DNA of 64,000 bases from an uncultured Facklamia sp. GTDB lineage: Bacteria > Bacillota > Bacilli > Lactobacillales > Aerococcaceae. Positions within the stretch are counted from its first letter, which is position 1; every line of letters starts with the position of its first letter. Shown piece by piece: positions 11,011 through 21,108 of this stretch. The stretch covers positions 108,944 through 172,943 of the forward strand of contig CAYYGA010000001.1 of the NCBI GenBank assembly GCA_964471435.1, read 5' to 3'. The position numbers were made by a program, and so were the translations under genes. The notes below the pieces were generated by a model. That model was not told the DNA's origin. It did no database searches and saw only the letters and a list, made by a program, of their open reading frames with translations.

Positions 11011-11056
11011 TTAAGTAATAAAAAATTATTTTTTATCTAGAAAGAGGCTCATAATA

Positions 11057-12043
11057 ATGGATGCTATTTTCTCAGGAGTTCAACCTTCAGGAATCCCCAC
11101 TATCGGAAATTATATTGGAGCGATGAAGGGTTTTACAGATTTACAAAATAATTACAATGCTTTTTATTGTATTGTTAATCAACATGCAATTACTGTACCT
11201 CAAGAACCCGGCCGTTTAAAAGAAATGACCCGGCAATTGGCTGCTTTATATTTAGCCATCGGTATCGATCCAAATAAAGCAACCATATTCGTTCAATCAG
11301 ATGTGCCTGCTCATGCTCAAGCCGCCTGGTTAATTACATGCCAACTAGGCCTGGGTGAATTAGAGCGTATGACACAATATAAAGATAAAATGCAAAAACA
11401 AGAATCAATTAATGCCGGTTTACTCTGTTATCCAGCTTTGATGGTTTCGGATATAGTGCTGTACGATGCCAAATATGTACCCGTAGGTGATGATCAGAGA
11501 CAGCATATTGAATTAGCAAGAAATTTTGTTGACCGGTTCAACAGTCGCTATGGAAAAAATTTATTGATAAAACCAGAGGGTATCTTCCCTAAATCAGGCA
11601 GTCGCGTGATGAGTTTACAAGATCCAAGCAGTAAAATGAGTAAGTCTGATACGAATGAAAAATCATTTGTTTCGTTGCTGGACAGCCCCAAGAAAATTAC
11701 TAAAAAAATTAAATCCGCTGTTACTGACTCTATCGGGTTAGTGAACTATGATAAAGTCAACCAACCTGCCATTAGTAATCTTTTAGATATGTTCAGCAGT
11801 CTAAGCGGGGACTCAATAGACAGTTTAGTAGAATCTTATCATGACACAGGTTATGGTCGTTTTAAAACAGATTTAGCTGATTTAGTAGTTACTACGCTTG
11901 CTCCTATTCAAGAGCGTTACCAAGAGTTGATGAATGGTGATGAATTGGACGTTATTTTACAAGAAGGTGCTAAAAAAGCGAATGTCACAGCTTCAGCTAC
12001 TCTTGAACGAATGGAAAAGGCTATGGGAATAAATTATCGGTAA
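11057..12043 (+). CDS. trpS: Tryptophan--tRNA ligase
   Basis: 328 aa. Class-I motifs PTIGNYIGA (HIGH-type) and KMSKSD. Confidence 0.92.
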   Translation: MDAIFSGVQPSGIPTIGNYIGAMKGFTDLQNNYNAFYCIVNQHAITVPQEPGRLKEMTRQLAALYLAIGIDPNKATIFVQSDVPAHAQAAWLITCQLGLGELERMTQYKDKMQKQESINAGLLCYPALMVSDIVLYDAKYVPVGDDQRQHIELARNFVDRFNSRYGKNLLIKPEGIFPKSGSRVMSLQDPSSKMSKSDTNEKSFVSLLDSPKKITKKIKSAVTDSIGLVNYDKVNQPAISNLLDMFSSLSGDSIDSLVESYHDTGYGRFKTDLADLVVTTLAPIQERYQELMNGDELDVILQEGAKKANVTASATLERMEKAMGINYR

Positions 12044-12134
12044 AATTACGAAAGTTTATTAAGTTAACCCAATAACCAAAAAAGAGATATCATAGTCACT
12101 GAAATCATCTTTAAAATAATATAATTACTTTGAT

Positions 12135-12162
12135 ACCATGTAGATTTTACATGGTTTTTCCT
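12135..12162 (+). terminator. Rho-independent terminator of trpS
   Basis: ACCATGTA (12135-12142) pairs with TACATGGT (12148-12155), followed by TTTTTCCTTT. Confidence 0.6.
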
Positions 12163-12324
12163 TTATCTTTTTTATGAATTTCAACTTTTTTTAGAAAAGT
12201 CGCTGTTATTTATTATTGGTCTTCATAAAATATTCATTTAACTTTCATTCCCTGCAACTTGAATTTTCAACCTAATAGTTTATGATGTATATATTATTAC
12301 ATCAACAATTAGGAGTATGTATTT

Positions 12325-13422
12325 ATGAAAATAGGCGCGCGGGTCCTTAAAACCGGACTTGCAATTACATTATCTATTTATTTGGCCTGGTTTTTCTTAC
12401 CTGAAGGCTATGGTTCGCTGGCCGCAATTGGGGCAAGTCTTTCCACTCAGCCTTCCATCAAACAATCCTTTCAAACTCTAACCTCCAGAATTATATCTAA
12501 TATTGTCGGGGGGGTTATAGCAGTCTTCATGCTTTATACTTTTAATGCTTCTCCCATCACCATTGGTGTAACTTGTATCATAACGATAGCGGTTTTAAAT
12601 TCTTTCAATCTTTCGAATGTTATCGCTCTAGCAGTAGTTAATATAACGGTTATTATGTTAGGAACGGACAATGATTTTGTGACCTATGCTTTTATGCGTG
12701 TTATAGAAACAAGTATCGGCGTCCTTGTCTCGTTTTTAGTCAATTGGTTAGTACTACCACCTAAATATGATAAGCGCTTTTTCTCTGTATTAGAAAGCAC
12801 AACTCTTGAAGTATTAATGTTACTAAGAGCTGCTTTAAGAAAGAACACAGAATTCTCATCTTTAAACGCTGATTTAAATTGGGCAAAGCAGCGCTTGGCC
12901 CAGTTTAATAATTATTTTGATTTAATACGAGAAGATTTTTTAATTACACCAAAACAAAGAATGAATGCCGCCAGGAGATTAGTGGTTTACCGTGAAATGG
13001 CCAGAGCAACCAGCAGTGCTGTAGAACTGCTGGAAACCATTCATATCAATTCTCAAATATACAATGAATTTCCGCCTGAGATGCGTCTCAATTTTCGTGA
13101 ACGTATCGAAACCTTGATGTCAGCTCATGAACAAATAATCTTAAAGTTTTACGGTAAAGTGGGTATTAACGAAGTAAATTATATGGCAATGCGACTTGAG
13201 CATCGTGAGGAATATATGCAAATGTTTTTCGACCATGCCCGTAAAGAAAACTTGATTCGTGAAGATTTTATGCTAAAAGACAGTAACAGTATCATTGAAA
13301 TATTATCTGCCAGTGTACACTATGAAGAACAGTTAGAACGCTTAAATCATATCGTCCGTTTATATAAGCAACGTGCCGGCAGCGAAAAAATTGAGTTTCA
13401 ACATTTCGATCCCTCAATCTAG
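12325..13422 (+). CDS. Aromatic acid exporter/FUSC-like (UPF0421) membrane protein
   Basis: 365 aa. N-terminal MKIGARVLKTGLAITLSIYLA and 4-5 TMs, then a long soluble helical C-terminal domain, typical of this family. Confidence 0.6.
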   Translation: MKIGARVLKTGLAITLSIYLAWFFLPEGYGSLAAIGASLSTQPSIKQSFQTLTSRIISNIVGGVIAVFMLYTFNASPITIGVTCIITIAVLNSFNLSNVIALAVVNITVIMLGTDNDFVTYAFMRVIETSIGVLVSFLVNWLVLPPKYDKRFFSVLESTTLEVLMLLRAALRKNTEFSSLNADLNWAKQRLAQFNNYFDLIREDFLITPKQRMNAARRLVVYREMARATSSAVELLETIHINSQIYNEFPPEMRLNFRERIETLMSAHEQIILKFYGKVGINEVNYMAMRLEHREEYMQMFFDHARKENLIREDFMLKDSNSIIEILSASVHYEEQLERLNHIVRLYKQRAGSEKIEFQHFDPSI

Positions 13423-13450
13423 TATTTTATTTAAGAGTTATTTAGATGAT

Positions 13451-13497
13451 AAAAACCTTCTATCAACGATTAATCAATCGACGAATAGAAGGTTTTT
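13451..13497. terminator. Bidirectional terminator between convergent genes
   Basis: AAAAACCTTCTA (13451-13462) pairs with TAGAAGGTTTTT (13486-13497). Confidence 0.7.
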
Positions 13498-13608
13498 ATT
13501 TCATAGTTTAAAATATTTTGAATTAGATAACGGATTCTTTACTCCAAGTCGGAATAGGAGACCACTGATTAGGAAAAGTAATTCTTTCAAAGTGATCTTT
13601 CCTCCGGT

Positions 13609-15045
13609 TTAAAATACAATGACCGGCATTCCATTATAGACGATGTCAAAAACTTGAGGCATAACACCCGGGGGAGTGTTGATACAGCCTAATGATCCAT
13701 TGGTTAAATAAGCGTCTCCTCCAAAATATTGCTGCCAATCTGCATCATGGATTCCTTGAGCCTGATCATCAAAGGCAATCCAATAATCTACAGGTTGTTC
13801 ATAATCCGTCTCATAGATAGGATTATAGCCTCTTAATATAGAAGGTGATTCCATTTCCCAAACCTGGTATGCTCCCGGAATTGTATTAGTACCTACTTGT
13901 CCTGTCACCACCGGTGTTTGTAACACAATTTCATAACCCAAATAAATTGTCATCATTTGATTAGCAATATCTACCTCAACATAATCTGACCCAATCTCGT
14001 CTTCTCCTCCAAAACCAGAACCGCCAATAACCGGTTCCCGTGTTATTTGACGCCCTGCTAACACATCAGCTGCTATTTGTTCAGCTTCTAAAAAACGGTC
14101 AATATACCAACCAAAAGTACCAGGATCAACCGTAACGACACCTTGATAAGTGGAAGGAAACTCGCGATATTGAAACAATGAAGCATAGGGTCGATTCAGA
14201 TCTTCTAAAATATAAGTTTCTATCGCTTCCATATTTAACTCTGGATCTCCCTCTTCTGTCAGAAGGATCCATGAAGCTATCTCTTCTTGTGGAATAGTGA
14301 TTGAGTTGTCTGCAAATTCCAATGTAATTTGACTCGACTGCATAGTATCAATAGCTGCCATTTGCTCTACAATCTTATCGTCAGTTTCGATTAATGAGGG
14401 TTTAATATAAGCTTCTTCTAGATTAAATGAAACTTTTCTATCTTCAAGACTTTCTGCTAGGGCTGTTTCTAAACTGCTAGCATTAATTTGACTCCCATAA
14501 ACTGCTGGTTTAAGTTCATAGGCCCCTGTTTCGTTGATAATGATCTCAGCATTTGTAGTGGCTTCTCTTCCCTCATTACTAATTCCTAGTTCTTCTAATA
14601 ATCTTTCCATCCGATAGGGGTCAAAATCTAAATAATGGGAAAAATTTTCAAACACAGACTGCTTTTTGAATAAAGCCAGTGGCCAGGTATAAGAATTTTG
14701 ATCAGCTATCGTCTGCTTTAATTCATCACTTACCTCTTCCATTTCCACATTTAATTGGTTTAAATTCAGATAAGCCTTCTGTTCCCCCACTTCATTAAAA
14801 ATAATCTGCGTCTCATTGAGACCTTCTCTTAGACGAACTTCTGCCACTTCAGCCGACATATTACCCAGTCCTACAGGCCCTGCATAGGAGCCGGGAAGCA
14901 AATGATTTTGGAAATAAAAAGTACCTGTAAAGTAGACCAATAATATAAATACTACACTTATAGTGACAGCAATTATTTTTTTCGATAAAAAGAACCCGTT
15001 GTTTAAATTTGTATTATTTTTATTATCTGCAGAATTCTTATGCAT
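13609..15045 (-). CDS. L,D-transpeptidase (YkuD domain, Ldt-fm-like architecture)
   Basis: N-terminal TM anchor. The C-terminal YkuD catalytic motif is HDADW...GSLGCINTP (His...Cys). The start is set at ATG 15045 (RBS AGGTGA 5 nt upstream), because the longer ORF would overlap the upstream gene. Confidence 0.8.
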   Translation of the reverse strand: MHKNSADNKNNTNLNNGFFLSKKIIAVTISVVFILLVYFTGTFYFQNHLLPGSYAGPVGLGNMSAEVAEVRLREGLNETQIIFNEVGEQKAYLNLNQLNVEMEEVSDELKQTIADQNSYTWPLALFKKQSVFENFSHYLDFDPYRMERLLEELGISNEGREATTNAEIIINETGAYELKPAVYGSQINASSLETALAESLEDRKVSFNLEEAYIKPSLIETDDKIVEQMAAIDTMQSSQITLEFADNSITIPQEEIASWILLTEEGDPELNMEAIETYILEDLNRPYASLFQYREFPSTYQGVVTVDPGTFGWYIDRFLEAEQIAADVLAGRQITREPVIGGSGFGGEDEIGSDYVEVDIANQMMTIYLGYEIVLQTPVVTGQVGTNTIPGAYQVWEMESPSILRGYNPIYETDYEQPVDYWIAFDDQAQGIHDADWQQYFGGDAYLTNGSLGCINTPPGVMPQVFDIVYNGMPVIVF

Positions 15046-15061
15046 TGTATTCACCTGTTTA

Positions 15062-15718
15062 TTACTTTTTAGTCGCATTATTTTCTTCGTTCCAAATCTT
15101 CTCCAGTGCTTCAGCAAGAACATCTTGTGGTACTGCTCCAGGAACAGCAAACTTTTGATTAATTACCATAAATGGGACCCCTTTTACGCCGATATCGATG
15201 GCTAGTTGGACGTCATGTTGAACTTTAGCTAAGTTTTCTGCAGGATCAGCAATTATATCGATCACCTTATCCCTAGAAAGACCCAGTTCTTGAACCGTTT
15301 TCAAAAGAAATTTTTCATCATTAACAGCTTTACCGTTCACAAAGTGTCCTTGATACATTTTTTCAAAAAATTCATTTCCTTTAGACTGTTCTTTTACATA
15401 TTGAAAAACCCGGTGAGCAGTAAGGGTACCGGTATAAATAGCATTATCATAGTTGATAGTTAAATCTATTTCTTCAGCTTTTTGCTCGATCTCTTTTAAA
15501 GCACGCGTGGCCTGTTCTTCACTTAGTTGTTTGTTTCTTGCAAATGCTTGTGCATAGTTTAAGCCAGGAGCGCTCTCTGCTTGTGGGTCTAATATATAAG
15601 AAAAATATTCAATTGTTACTTCTTCTTTAAAAGGCAACCGATTCAAAGCTCTTTTTAAACTAGTTTCACCTATAAAACAGAAGGGGCACACAAAATCAGA
15701 CCAAATAGAAATTTTCAT
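15062..15718 (-). CDS. DsbA-family oxidoreductase (FrnE-like, no signal peptide)
   Basis: 218 aa. MKISIWSDFVCPFCFIG carries the CPFC active site at the extreme N-terminus, typical of cytoplasmic FrnE/DsbA-like proteins. Confidence 0.75.
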   Translation of the reverse strand: MKISIWSDFVCPFCFIGETSLKRALNRLPFKEEVTIEYFSYILDPQAESAPGLNYAQAFARNKQLSEEQATRALKEIEQKAEEIDLTINYDNAIYTGTLTAHRVFQYVKEQSKGNEFFEKMYQGHFVNGKAVNDEKFLLKTVQELGLSRDKVIDIIADPAENLAKVQHDVQLAIDIGVKGVPFMVINQKFAVPGAVPQDVLAEALEKIWNEENNATKK

Positions 15719-15825
15719 AAATATTCCTCCTAGTTTTAATTACTTCTATTATAAAGGAGTACATAACTGATTACCATGTATGTCAGTAATGATTATCTGG
15801 CTTTTCTTATAAATATTTTAAATCA

Positions 15826-15854
15826 TAAAAAAGAGGGCTGACGGATGTCAGCCC
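15826..15854 (-). terminator. Rho-independent terminator of the fhs-gcv operon
   Basis: GGGCTGAC (15835-15842) pairs with GTCAGCCC (15847-15854). On the minus strand it is followed by CTCTTTTTT. Confidence 0.8.
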
Positions 15855-15898
15855 TTTTCACAATATGAATTACTATTCAAATTGTTATAAGTTATAAA

Positions 15899-17395
15899 TT
15901 AAGCTTGTAAACCTTCGAAACTAGACTCATGTTCTGAGTAGTTATATTTTAGAACTGGTTTACGTGAAGCTGTAGCTTCGTCAAGACGTTTAACAGGTGT
16001 ATTATAAGGAGCACCTTGAACTAATTCAGGTGTTTCTTTTGCTTCTTGAGCAATCTTAATAAATACATCTATTACCATATCTAAATCGCGTTTAGATTCA
16101 GTTTCAGTAGGCTCAATCATTAGGCACTCGTCCACAATTAATGGGAAGTAAGTAGTCGGTGCATGGATTCCATAATCTAATAGACGTTTACCAACATCTT
16201 TAGCTGTTACACCATAATCTTTCTTATGACGAGTTAAACTTAATACGAAATCGTTCATATTAAATTTATCGAATGGAGCATCAAAGTGGTCTTTAACACT
16301 TACACGCATGTAGTTAGCATTAAGTACCGCATCTTCAGAAGCACGACGTAAACCTGCCGCACCCATAGCACGGATATAAGTATACGCACGTACGTTAACT
16401 CCGAAGTTACCGTAGTTACCTTTAATACGGCCGTATGATTTTTCTGGCATTTCAAATCCGTACTTATCACCATTTTTAACAACGTTTGGACCAGGTAAGA
16501 ATGGCGCTAATTTTTCTACTACACCAATTGGACCAGATCCAGGACCTCCACCACCGTGAGGGCCGGTAAATGTCTTATGTAAATTATAGTGACATGCATC
16601 GAAGCCCATTCTACCTGGAGAAGAGATACCCATGATAGCGTTCATGTTTGCACCATCATAGTAACATAATCCACCAGCTTCATGGACGATTTCAACGATT
16701 TCACGTGCATCAGTCTCAAATAATCCAGCTGTAGAAGGGTTAGTAATCATAATACCAGCTGTATCAGGACCCACTGCAGCACGAACAGCTTCTACGTCAA
16801 TAATTCCTTCTGGAGTGGATGGAATTTCAACTGTTTCATAGCCGGCTACCGCAGCAGTTGCAGGGTTAGTTCCATGAGCAGAGTCTGGAACAAGGATAAC
16901 TTTACGTTGCTCTCCTTCACCAATGGACTCAAAGTAAGCTTTAAATGCTAAAATAGCAGCTAATTCACCGTGAGCTCCAGCAGCAGGTTGTAAAGTAATT
17001 GCAGGTAATTCAGCAATCTCGCCTAAATATTCCTGTAATTCGTAAAGTAATTTTAAAGCTCCTTGAACTGTATCAGGATCTTGTTGAGGGTGAATGTTAG
17101 CAAATCCATCCATCGCAGCAACATTTTCGTTGATTTTTGGATTGTATTTCATTGTACAAGAACCTAATGGATATGGTCCTGACTCAACACCAAAGTTACG
17201 GTTAGATAATGCTGTGTAATGGCGTAAAATTTGTAATTCTGATACTTCAGGTAAACGAGCAGGTTCTTGACGTGCGTATTCGCCTAATTCACTTGTTAAA
17301 TCATATTCTTCAATTTCTGATTTAGGCATATCATAACCTGTATGGCCTTCAGAAGAAATTTCAAAAATTAACTTATCATAGTCTTGTAAAATCAT
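15899..17395 (-). CDS. gcvPB: Glycine dehydrogenase (decarboxylating) subunit 2
   Basis: 498 aa. The PLP-lysine region NLHKTF and overall P-protein beta pattern. The start overlaps the gcvPA stop (TAATG). Confidence 0.9.
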   Translation of the reverse strand: MILQDYDKLIFEISSEGHTGYDMPKSEIEEYDLTSELGEYARQEPARLPEVSELQILRHYTALSNRNFGVESGPYPLGSCTMKYNPKINENVAAMDGFANIHPQQDPDTVQGALKLLYELQEYLGEIAELPAITLQPAAGAHGELAAILAFKAYFESIGEGEQRKVILVPDSAHGTNPATAAVAGYETVEIPSTPEGIIDVEAVRAAVGPDTAGIMITNPSTAGLFETDAREIVEIVHEAGGLCYYDGANMNAIMGISSPGRMGFDACHYNLHKTFTGPHGGGGPGSGPIGVVEKLAPFLPGPNVVKNGDKYGFEMPEKSYGRIKGNYGNFGVNVRAYTYIRAMGAAGLRRASEDAVLNANYMRVSVKDHFDAPFDKFNMNDFVLSLTRHKKDYGVTAKDVGKRLLDYGIHAPTTYFPLIVDECLMIEPTETESKRDLDMVIDVFIKIAQEAKETPELVQGAPYNTPVKRLDEATASRKPVLKYNYSEHESSFEGLQA

Positions 17396-18762
17396 TATTT
17401 AGCCACCTCCGCTAAAGCTGCAACAAAATCGTCCATCTCTTGCTTAGTACGTTTTTCAGTTGCACATAGTAAGTAGACATTGTCTTCTCCATAAGCTTTA
17501 GAAGCATCATATCCACCTACGAAACCTTTTTCATGTAAATCTTTGTTTACTTGTTTAATGTCTTTATTTAACTTAATAGCAAACTCATTAAAGAATGGAG
17601 CATCATTTAATACTTCAAATCCATTTTCTTTTAATTGTTTTGCTAAGTAGTGAGCATTATTGATGTTTGCTTGGGCCAAGTCTTGAATACCTTGTTTTCC
17701 ATATGCAGTCATCGCGATTGATGAAGATAATGCGTATAAAGCTTGGTTAGATGAATAGTTAGATGTAGCTTTTTCACGACGGATATGTTGCTCACGGGTT
17801 GATAATGTCATTACAAAACCACGTTTGCCATCTTCATCTACTGTTTCACCAACAATACGGGAAGGGATTTTACGCATTAATTTATCAGTTACAGCAAAGT
17901 AACCACAGTGTGGTCCACCAAATGACATTGGAATACCGAATGGTTGAACGTCTCCCACTGTAATGTCTGCACCTAATGCTCCTGGTTTTTCTAATTTACC
18001 TAAAGCTAATGGGTTAGCTGATACAATTAATAATGTTTTTGTACCTTCTAATGCTGCTTTGATTTCTTTTAAATCTTCTACTGAACCAAAGAAGTTAGGA
18101 TATTGAACGATTACTGCTGCAACATCTTTACTTAATTTTGATTTCAAGTCTTCAATGTCTGTAACAGTTCCTTCTAATGCAACTTCTTCAACATCATAGT
18201 CTTTACCAAATCCGTAAGTTTTTACAGTTTCAATTGCTTGAGGGTTAACAGATTTAGAAATTAATACTTTTGAAGATTTTTTAACATGACCAACAGCCAT
18301 GTTTGCAGCTTCAGATACAGCATTATAACCGTCATATAATCCACAGTTAGCTAAATCCATACCTGTTAATTCAGCAATCATTGTTTGCCACTCAAATAAA
18401 GCTTGTAATTCTCCTTGAGAAACTTCTGGTTGGTATGGAACATATGCTGTCAGGAATTCTTGACGCATAATAATGTGGTTTACAATTGTCGGGATATGGT
18501 GATCATAAGTTCCTGCTCCAATAAAGAAAGGCATTTGAGTAGCAGTCGTATTTTCTGCTGCCATTGAACCTATCTCTTTAAGCAATTCGTATTCTGATAA
18601 TGGTTCTGGTAAATCCATCGCTTCTGTACGACGGCCTTCTTCAGGGATATCTTGGAAAATATCCATAATTTCTTTAACGCCAATTTTTTCCAGCATTTCT
18701 TGGCGGTCTTGATCAGTATTTGGTAAATATCTAAAATTTGCCATATTCTGCTCCTTGTTCAT
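17395..18762 (-). CDS. gcvPA: Glycine dehydrogenase (decarboxylating) subunit 1
   Basis: 455 aa. N-terminal [15 protein letters not shown] and [11 protein letters not shown] motifs typical of P-protein alpha. Confidence 0.9.
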   Translation of the reverse strand: MNKEQNMANFRYLPNTDQDRQEMLEKIGVKEIMDIFQDIPEEGRRTEAMDLPEPLSEYELLKEIGSMAAENTTATQMPFFIGAGTYDHHIPTIVNHIIMRQEFLTAYVPYQPEVSQGELQALFEWQTMIAELTGMDLANCGLYDGYNAVSEAANMAVGHVKKSSKVLISKSVNPQAIETVKTYGFGKDYDVEEVALEGTVTDIEDLKSKLSKDVAAVIVQYPNFFGSVEDLKEIKAALEGTKTLLIVSANPLALGKLEKPGALGADITVGDVQPFGIPMSFGGPHCGYFAVTDKLMRKIPSRIVGETVDEDGKRGFVMTLSTREQHIRREKATSNYSSNQALYALSSSIAMTAYGKQGIQDLAQANINNAHYLAKQLKENGFEVLNDAPFFNEFAIKLNKDIKQVNKDLHEKGFVGGYDASKAYGEDNVYLLCATEKRTKQEMDDFVAALAEVAK

Positions 18763-18811
18763 TTAGTATTTTCTATTATCTTCGTGAAATCGCAAACAAT
18801 TTTACATTAAA

Positions 18812-18840
18812 TTTAGAGTGACTTTAAAAGCCACTCTAAA
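18812..18840 (-). terminator. Intra-operon hairpin between gcvH and gcvPA (possible partial terminator or processing site)
   Basis: TTTAGAGTG (18812-18820) pairs with CACTCTAAA (18832-18840) across an 11-nt loop. Both sides are A/T-rich. Confidence 0.3.
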
Positions 18841-18859
18841 TTTTTAAGCTATTTAAGGT

Positions 18860-19219
18860 TTACTCAGTTGGTGCTTCAGTTAAGTAGTCTGAAGTATCAA
18901 TATCTTCTTCAGCTTCTAATTCAATAAACCAACCTTTTCCAGCTGCATCTTCGTTAACTGTCTCAGGTGCATCTTCTAAGTCTTCGTTAACTGCTACTAC
19001 TTTACCAGCGAATGGAGCGTAAACTTCAGAAACAGATTTAACTGATTCTACTGTTGCGATTTCTTCTTCAGCGTCTAACTCATCGTCAACTTCTGGTAAT
19101 TCGATATGTACGATGTCGCCTAATTGGTCTGCAGCAAAGGCTGTAATTCCAATACGTGCTTTGTTAGGTGCTAAAATTTCAATCCACTCGTGATCTTCTG
19201 TGTAAAATACTTCTGCCAT
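18860..19219 (-). CDS. gcvH: Glycine cleavage system H protein
   Basis: 119 aa. Lipoyl-lysine motif VESVKSVSEVYAP. Confidence 0.9.
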   Translation of the reverse strand: MAEVFYTEDHEWIEILAPNKARIGITAFAADQLGDIVHIELPEVDDELDAEEEIATVESVKSVSEVYAPFAGKVVAVNEDLEDAPETVNEDAAGKGWFIELEAEEDIDTSDYLTEAPTE

Positions 19220-19299
19220 AATTAAAAACCCCTTTTCATTTTTTGTTATATTAATAGTTTATCAAACTTTTGTGAAATATGAAACATCTATTAACAAAA

Positions 19300-20433
19300 T
19301 TATTTATTTGCTAACCAATCTTTCTTAGTTAATTCTGCTTCAATATCTTTTCCACGAATATCGATAATAACTTTATCGCCTACTTTATAAGAGCTAGGTA
19401 CACTTACCATTCCGAAAGGATATCCTAATGTTGGGCCTTTTGTTCCGGATGTAACTGTTCCGATAACTTCACCGTCTAGGTTTTTAACATCCATACCGGT
19501 ACGGGCAATTTGTTTACCATCAATCTTGAATCCGCGTGAAACAATTTTCTTGTCGCCAGCACGGTAAGCATCAATTGCTTCTTTACCGATAAAGTCAACA
19601 TCTTTATCTTTTGGAACAGCAAAAGCAATACCTGCTGCTACCGGGTTAATATCTTCGCTGAATTCATTACCGTATAATGGCAAGCCTGCTTCTAGACGTA
19701 ATGTGTCACGTGCTCCTAAAGCACATTCAACAACACCGAGGTCTTGTCCTTCTTCAACTAGTTTTTTCCAGATGTCTACCATTGAGTCAGATGGTACGTA
19801 TAATTCAAATCCATCTTCACCTGTATAACCTGTACGAGAAATTTGAACATTATCAAATCCAGCAACTTTTTGATCAGCTAAATATGAGTAATATCCAATT
19901 TTAGTTAAATCAGTCTCAGTTAAACGACTTAATAACTCTTCAGCTTTAGGTCCTTGAACTGCGATTAATCCCCAGTCGTAAGTCTCATCAGTAATTTCTA
20001 CTGCATTGTCAGTGTTGTGTTTGTTCATCCACTCAACAATTTTTTCACGATTTGATCCGTTAGGAGTAACAATTAACTCATCAGCGTTTCTACGGTAATA
20101 AATTAAATCATCCAACATACCGCCGTCTTCTTTAGTAACAGCTGTATATTGAGCTTTACCGTCATCTTTGATTTTACGCGTGTCGTTTGTGATAAGAGTA
20201 TTCCACCAATCAAAAGCATTTTTTTCTTTTGATTTCACACGTACTTCACCCATATGAGAAGCATCGAATAAACCTACTGCTTCACGAACTGCTTTATGTT
20301 CTTCATTGATTTTAGATATTTGAATAGGTAAAGCCCATCCACCAAAATCAACAAGCTTAGCGCCTTTTTCAACATAGTAGTCATACATAGGGGTTTGTTT
20401 TAAACCATTAGCGTCTGTTTTAACTTCTGACAT
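19300..20433 (-). CDS. gcvT: Aminomethyltransferase (glycine cleavage T protein)
   Basis: The start is set at MSEVKTD (ATG 20433, RBS GAAGGAG). The 40-aa ORF-track extension would overlap the upstream gene. T-protein pattern: TPMYDYY..., GYTGEDGFE. Confidence 0.9.
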   Translation of the reverse strand: MSEVKTDANGLKQTPMYDYYVEKGAKLVDFGGWALPIQISKINEEHKAVREAVGLFDASHMGEVRVKSKEKNAFDWWNTLITNDTRKIKDDGKAQYTAVTKEDGGMLDDLIYYRRNADELIVTPNGSNREKIVEWMNKHNTDNAVEITDETYDWGLIAVQGPKAEELLSRLTETDLTKIGYYSYLADQKVAGFDNVQISRTGYTGEDGFELYVPSDSMVDIWKKLVEEGQDLGVVECALGARDTLRLEAGLPLYGNEFSEDINPVAAGIAFAVPKDKDVDFIGKEAIDAYRAGDKKIVSRGFKIDGKQIARTGMDVKNLDGEVIGTVTSGTKGPTLGYPFGMVSVPSSYKVGDKVIIDIRGKDIEAELTKKDWLANK

Positions 20434-20461
20434 ATTTATATTTCTCCTTCTTAAAATAAAA

Positions 20462-21097
20462 TTAGTTTGAGGGTACGAGAATTTCTTTAACTTGAGCGTA
20501 TAATTCATCAGTTTTAGCTGACAATTCTTCAACTTTATTATTCGCCATATCAAAATACTCTTCTTTAGTAGCCTGATCTTTCAATTGACCTCCATTGATG
20601 TATAAGTTTAAAGAGCTTGCATGAACTGCTGAACGCAGCATTTGCAAACCAACACCAACATCTGAGATAATCATTTTTTTGATCAGGGGAATAATTTTTT
20701 CAAATCCGTCCAATATGCTTTCAACTTCGTTTAGTAAATCTATAGGGGGTTTACTAGCAATTTTTAAACCTTCTTCTATCGCTGCAAGACGAGCTTCTTT
20801 TTCCTCGTCTGTATCACGCGACATGCCATAGGCTTTGGATAAAGGACCAAAATCTATGGCATCACGGTCAATGATGTCAATAAAAATATCTTTACTTTTT
20901 TCAAAGTCTTCAATTTTATTTTCTAAAAACTGCTTTTCATCTTCTGATATTTTTTTAGAAGAAGTAGAGAAATACATTGCCATTAAGATTGCACCGATTC
21001 CTAGACCAGCGGTGACACCTGCTGCTGCACCGCCGCCTGGAGTTGGCTCATCAGAGGCAAGTTTATTAATAAATTCAGTGACTTTTAATTCTTTCAT
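20462..21097 (-). CDS. fchA: Cyclodeaminase/cyclohydrolase family protein (FTCD C-terminal domain; methenyl-THF cyclohydrolase FchA-like)
   Basis: 211 aa. N-terminal LASDEPTPGGGAAAGVTAGLG signature of the FTCD_C/FchA family. Embedded between folD and gcvT. Confidence 0.75.
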   Translation of the reverse strand: MKELKVTEFINKLASDEPTPGGGAAAGVTAGLGIGAILMAMYFSTSSKKISEDEKQFLENKIEDFEKSKDIFIDIIDRDAIDFGPLSKAYGMSRDTDEEKEARLAAIEEGLKIASKPPIDLLNEVESILDGFEKIIPLIKKMIISDVGVGLQMLRSAVHASSLNLYINGGQLKDQATKEEYFDMANNKVEELSAKTDELYAQVKEILVPSN

Positions 21098-21108
21098 GAA
21101 TTTCCACT

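Noticed and set aside
19300-20553. N-terminal extensions in the ORF track: gcvT to 20553, Ldt to 15150, fhs to 23773, SBP to 55654, ATP-NAD-kinase-like to 25234, map to 45953, spx to 10729, the CMD protein from 59058, and the HGD-D protein from 57042.
   Set aside because: For most of them an internal ATG has a well-spaced Shine-Dalgarno sequence and gives a family-typical N-terminus; for spx and fhs I checked only the N-terminus. Some of the longer forms overlap the upstream gene or start at non-ATG codons with no RBS.
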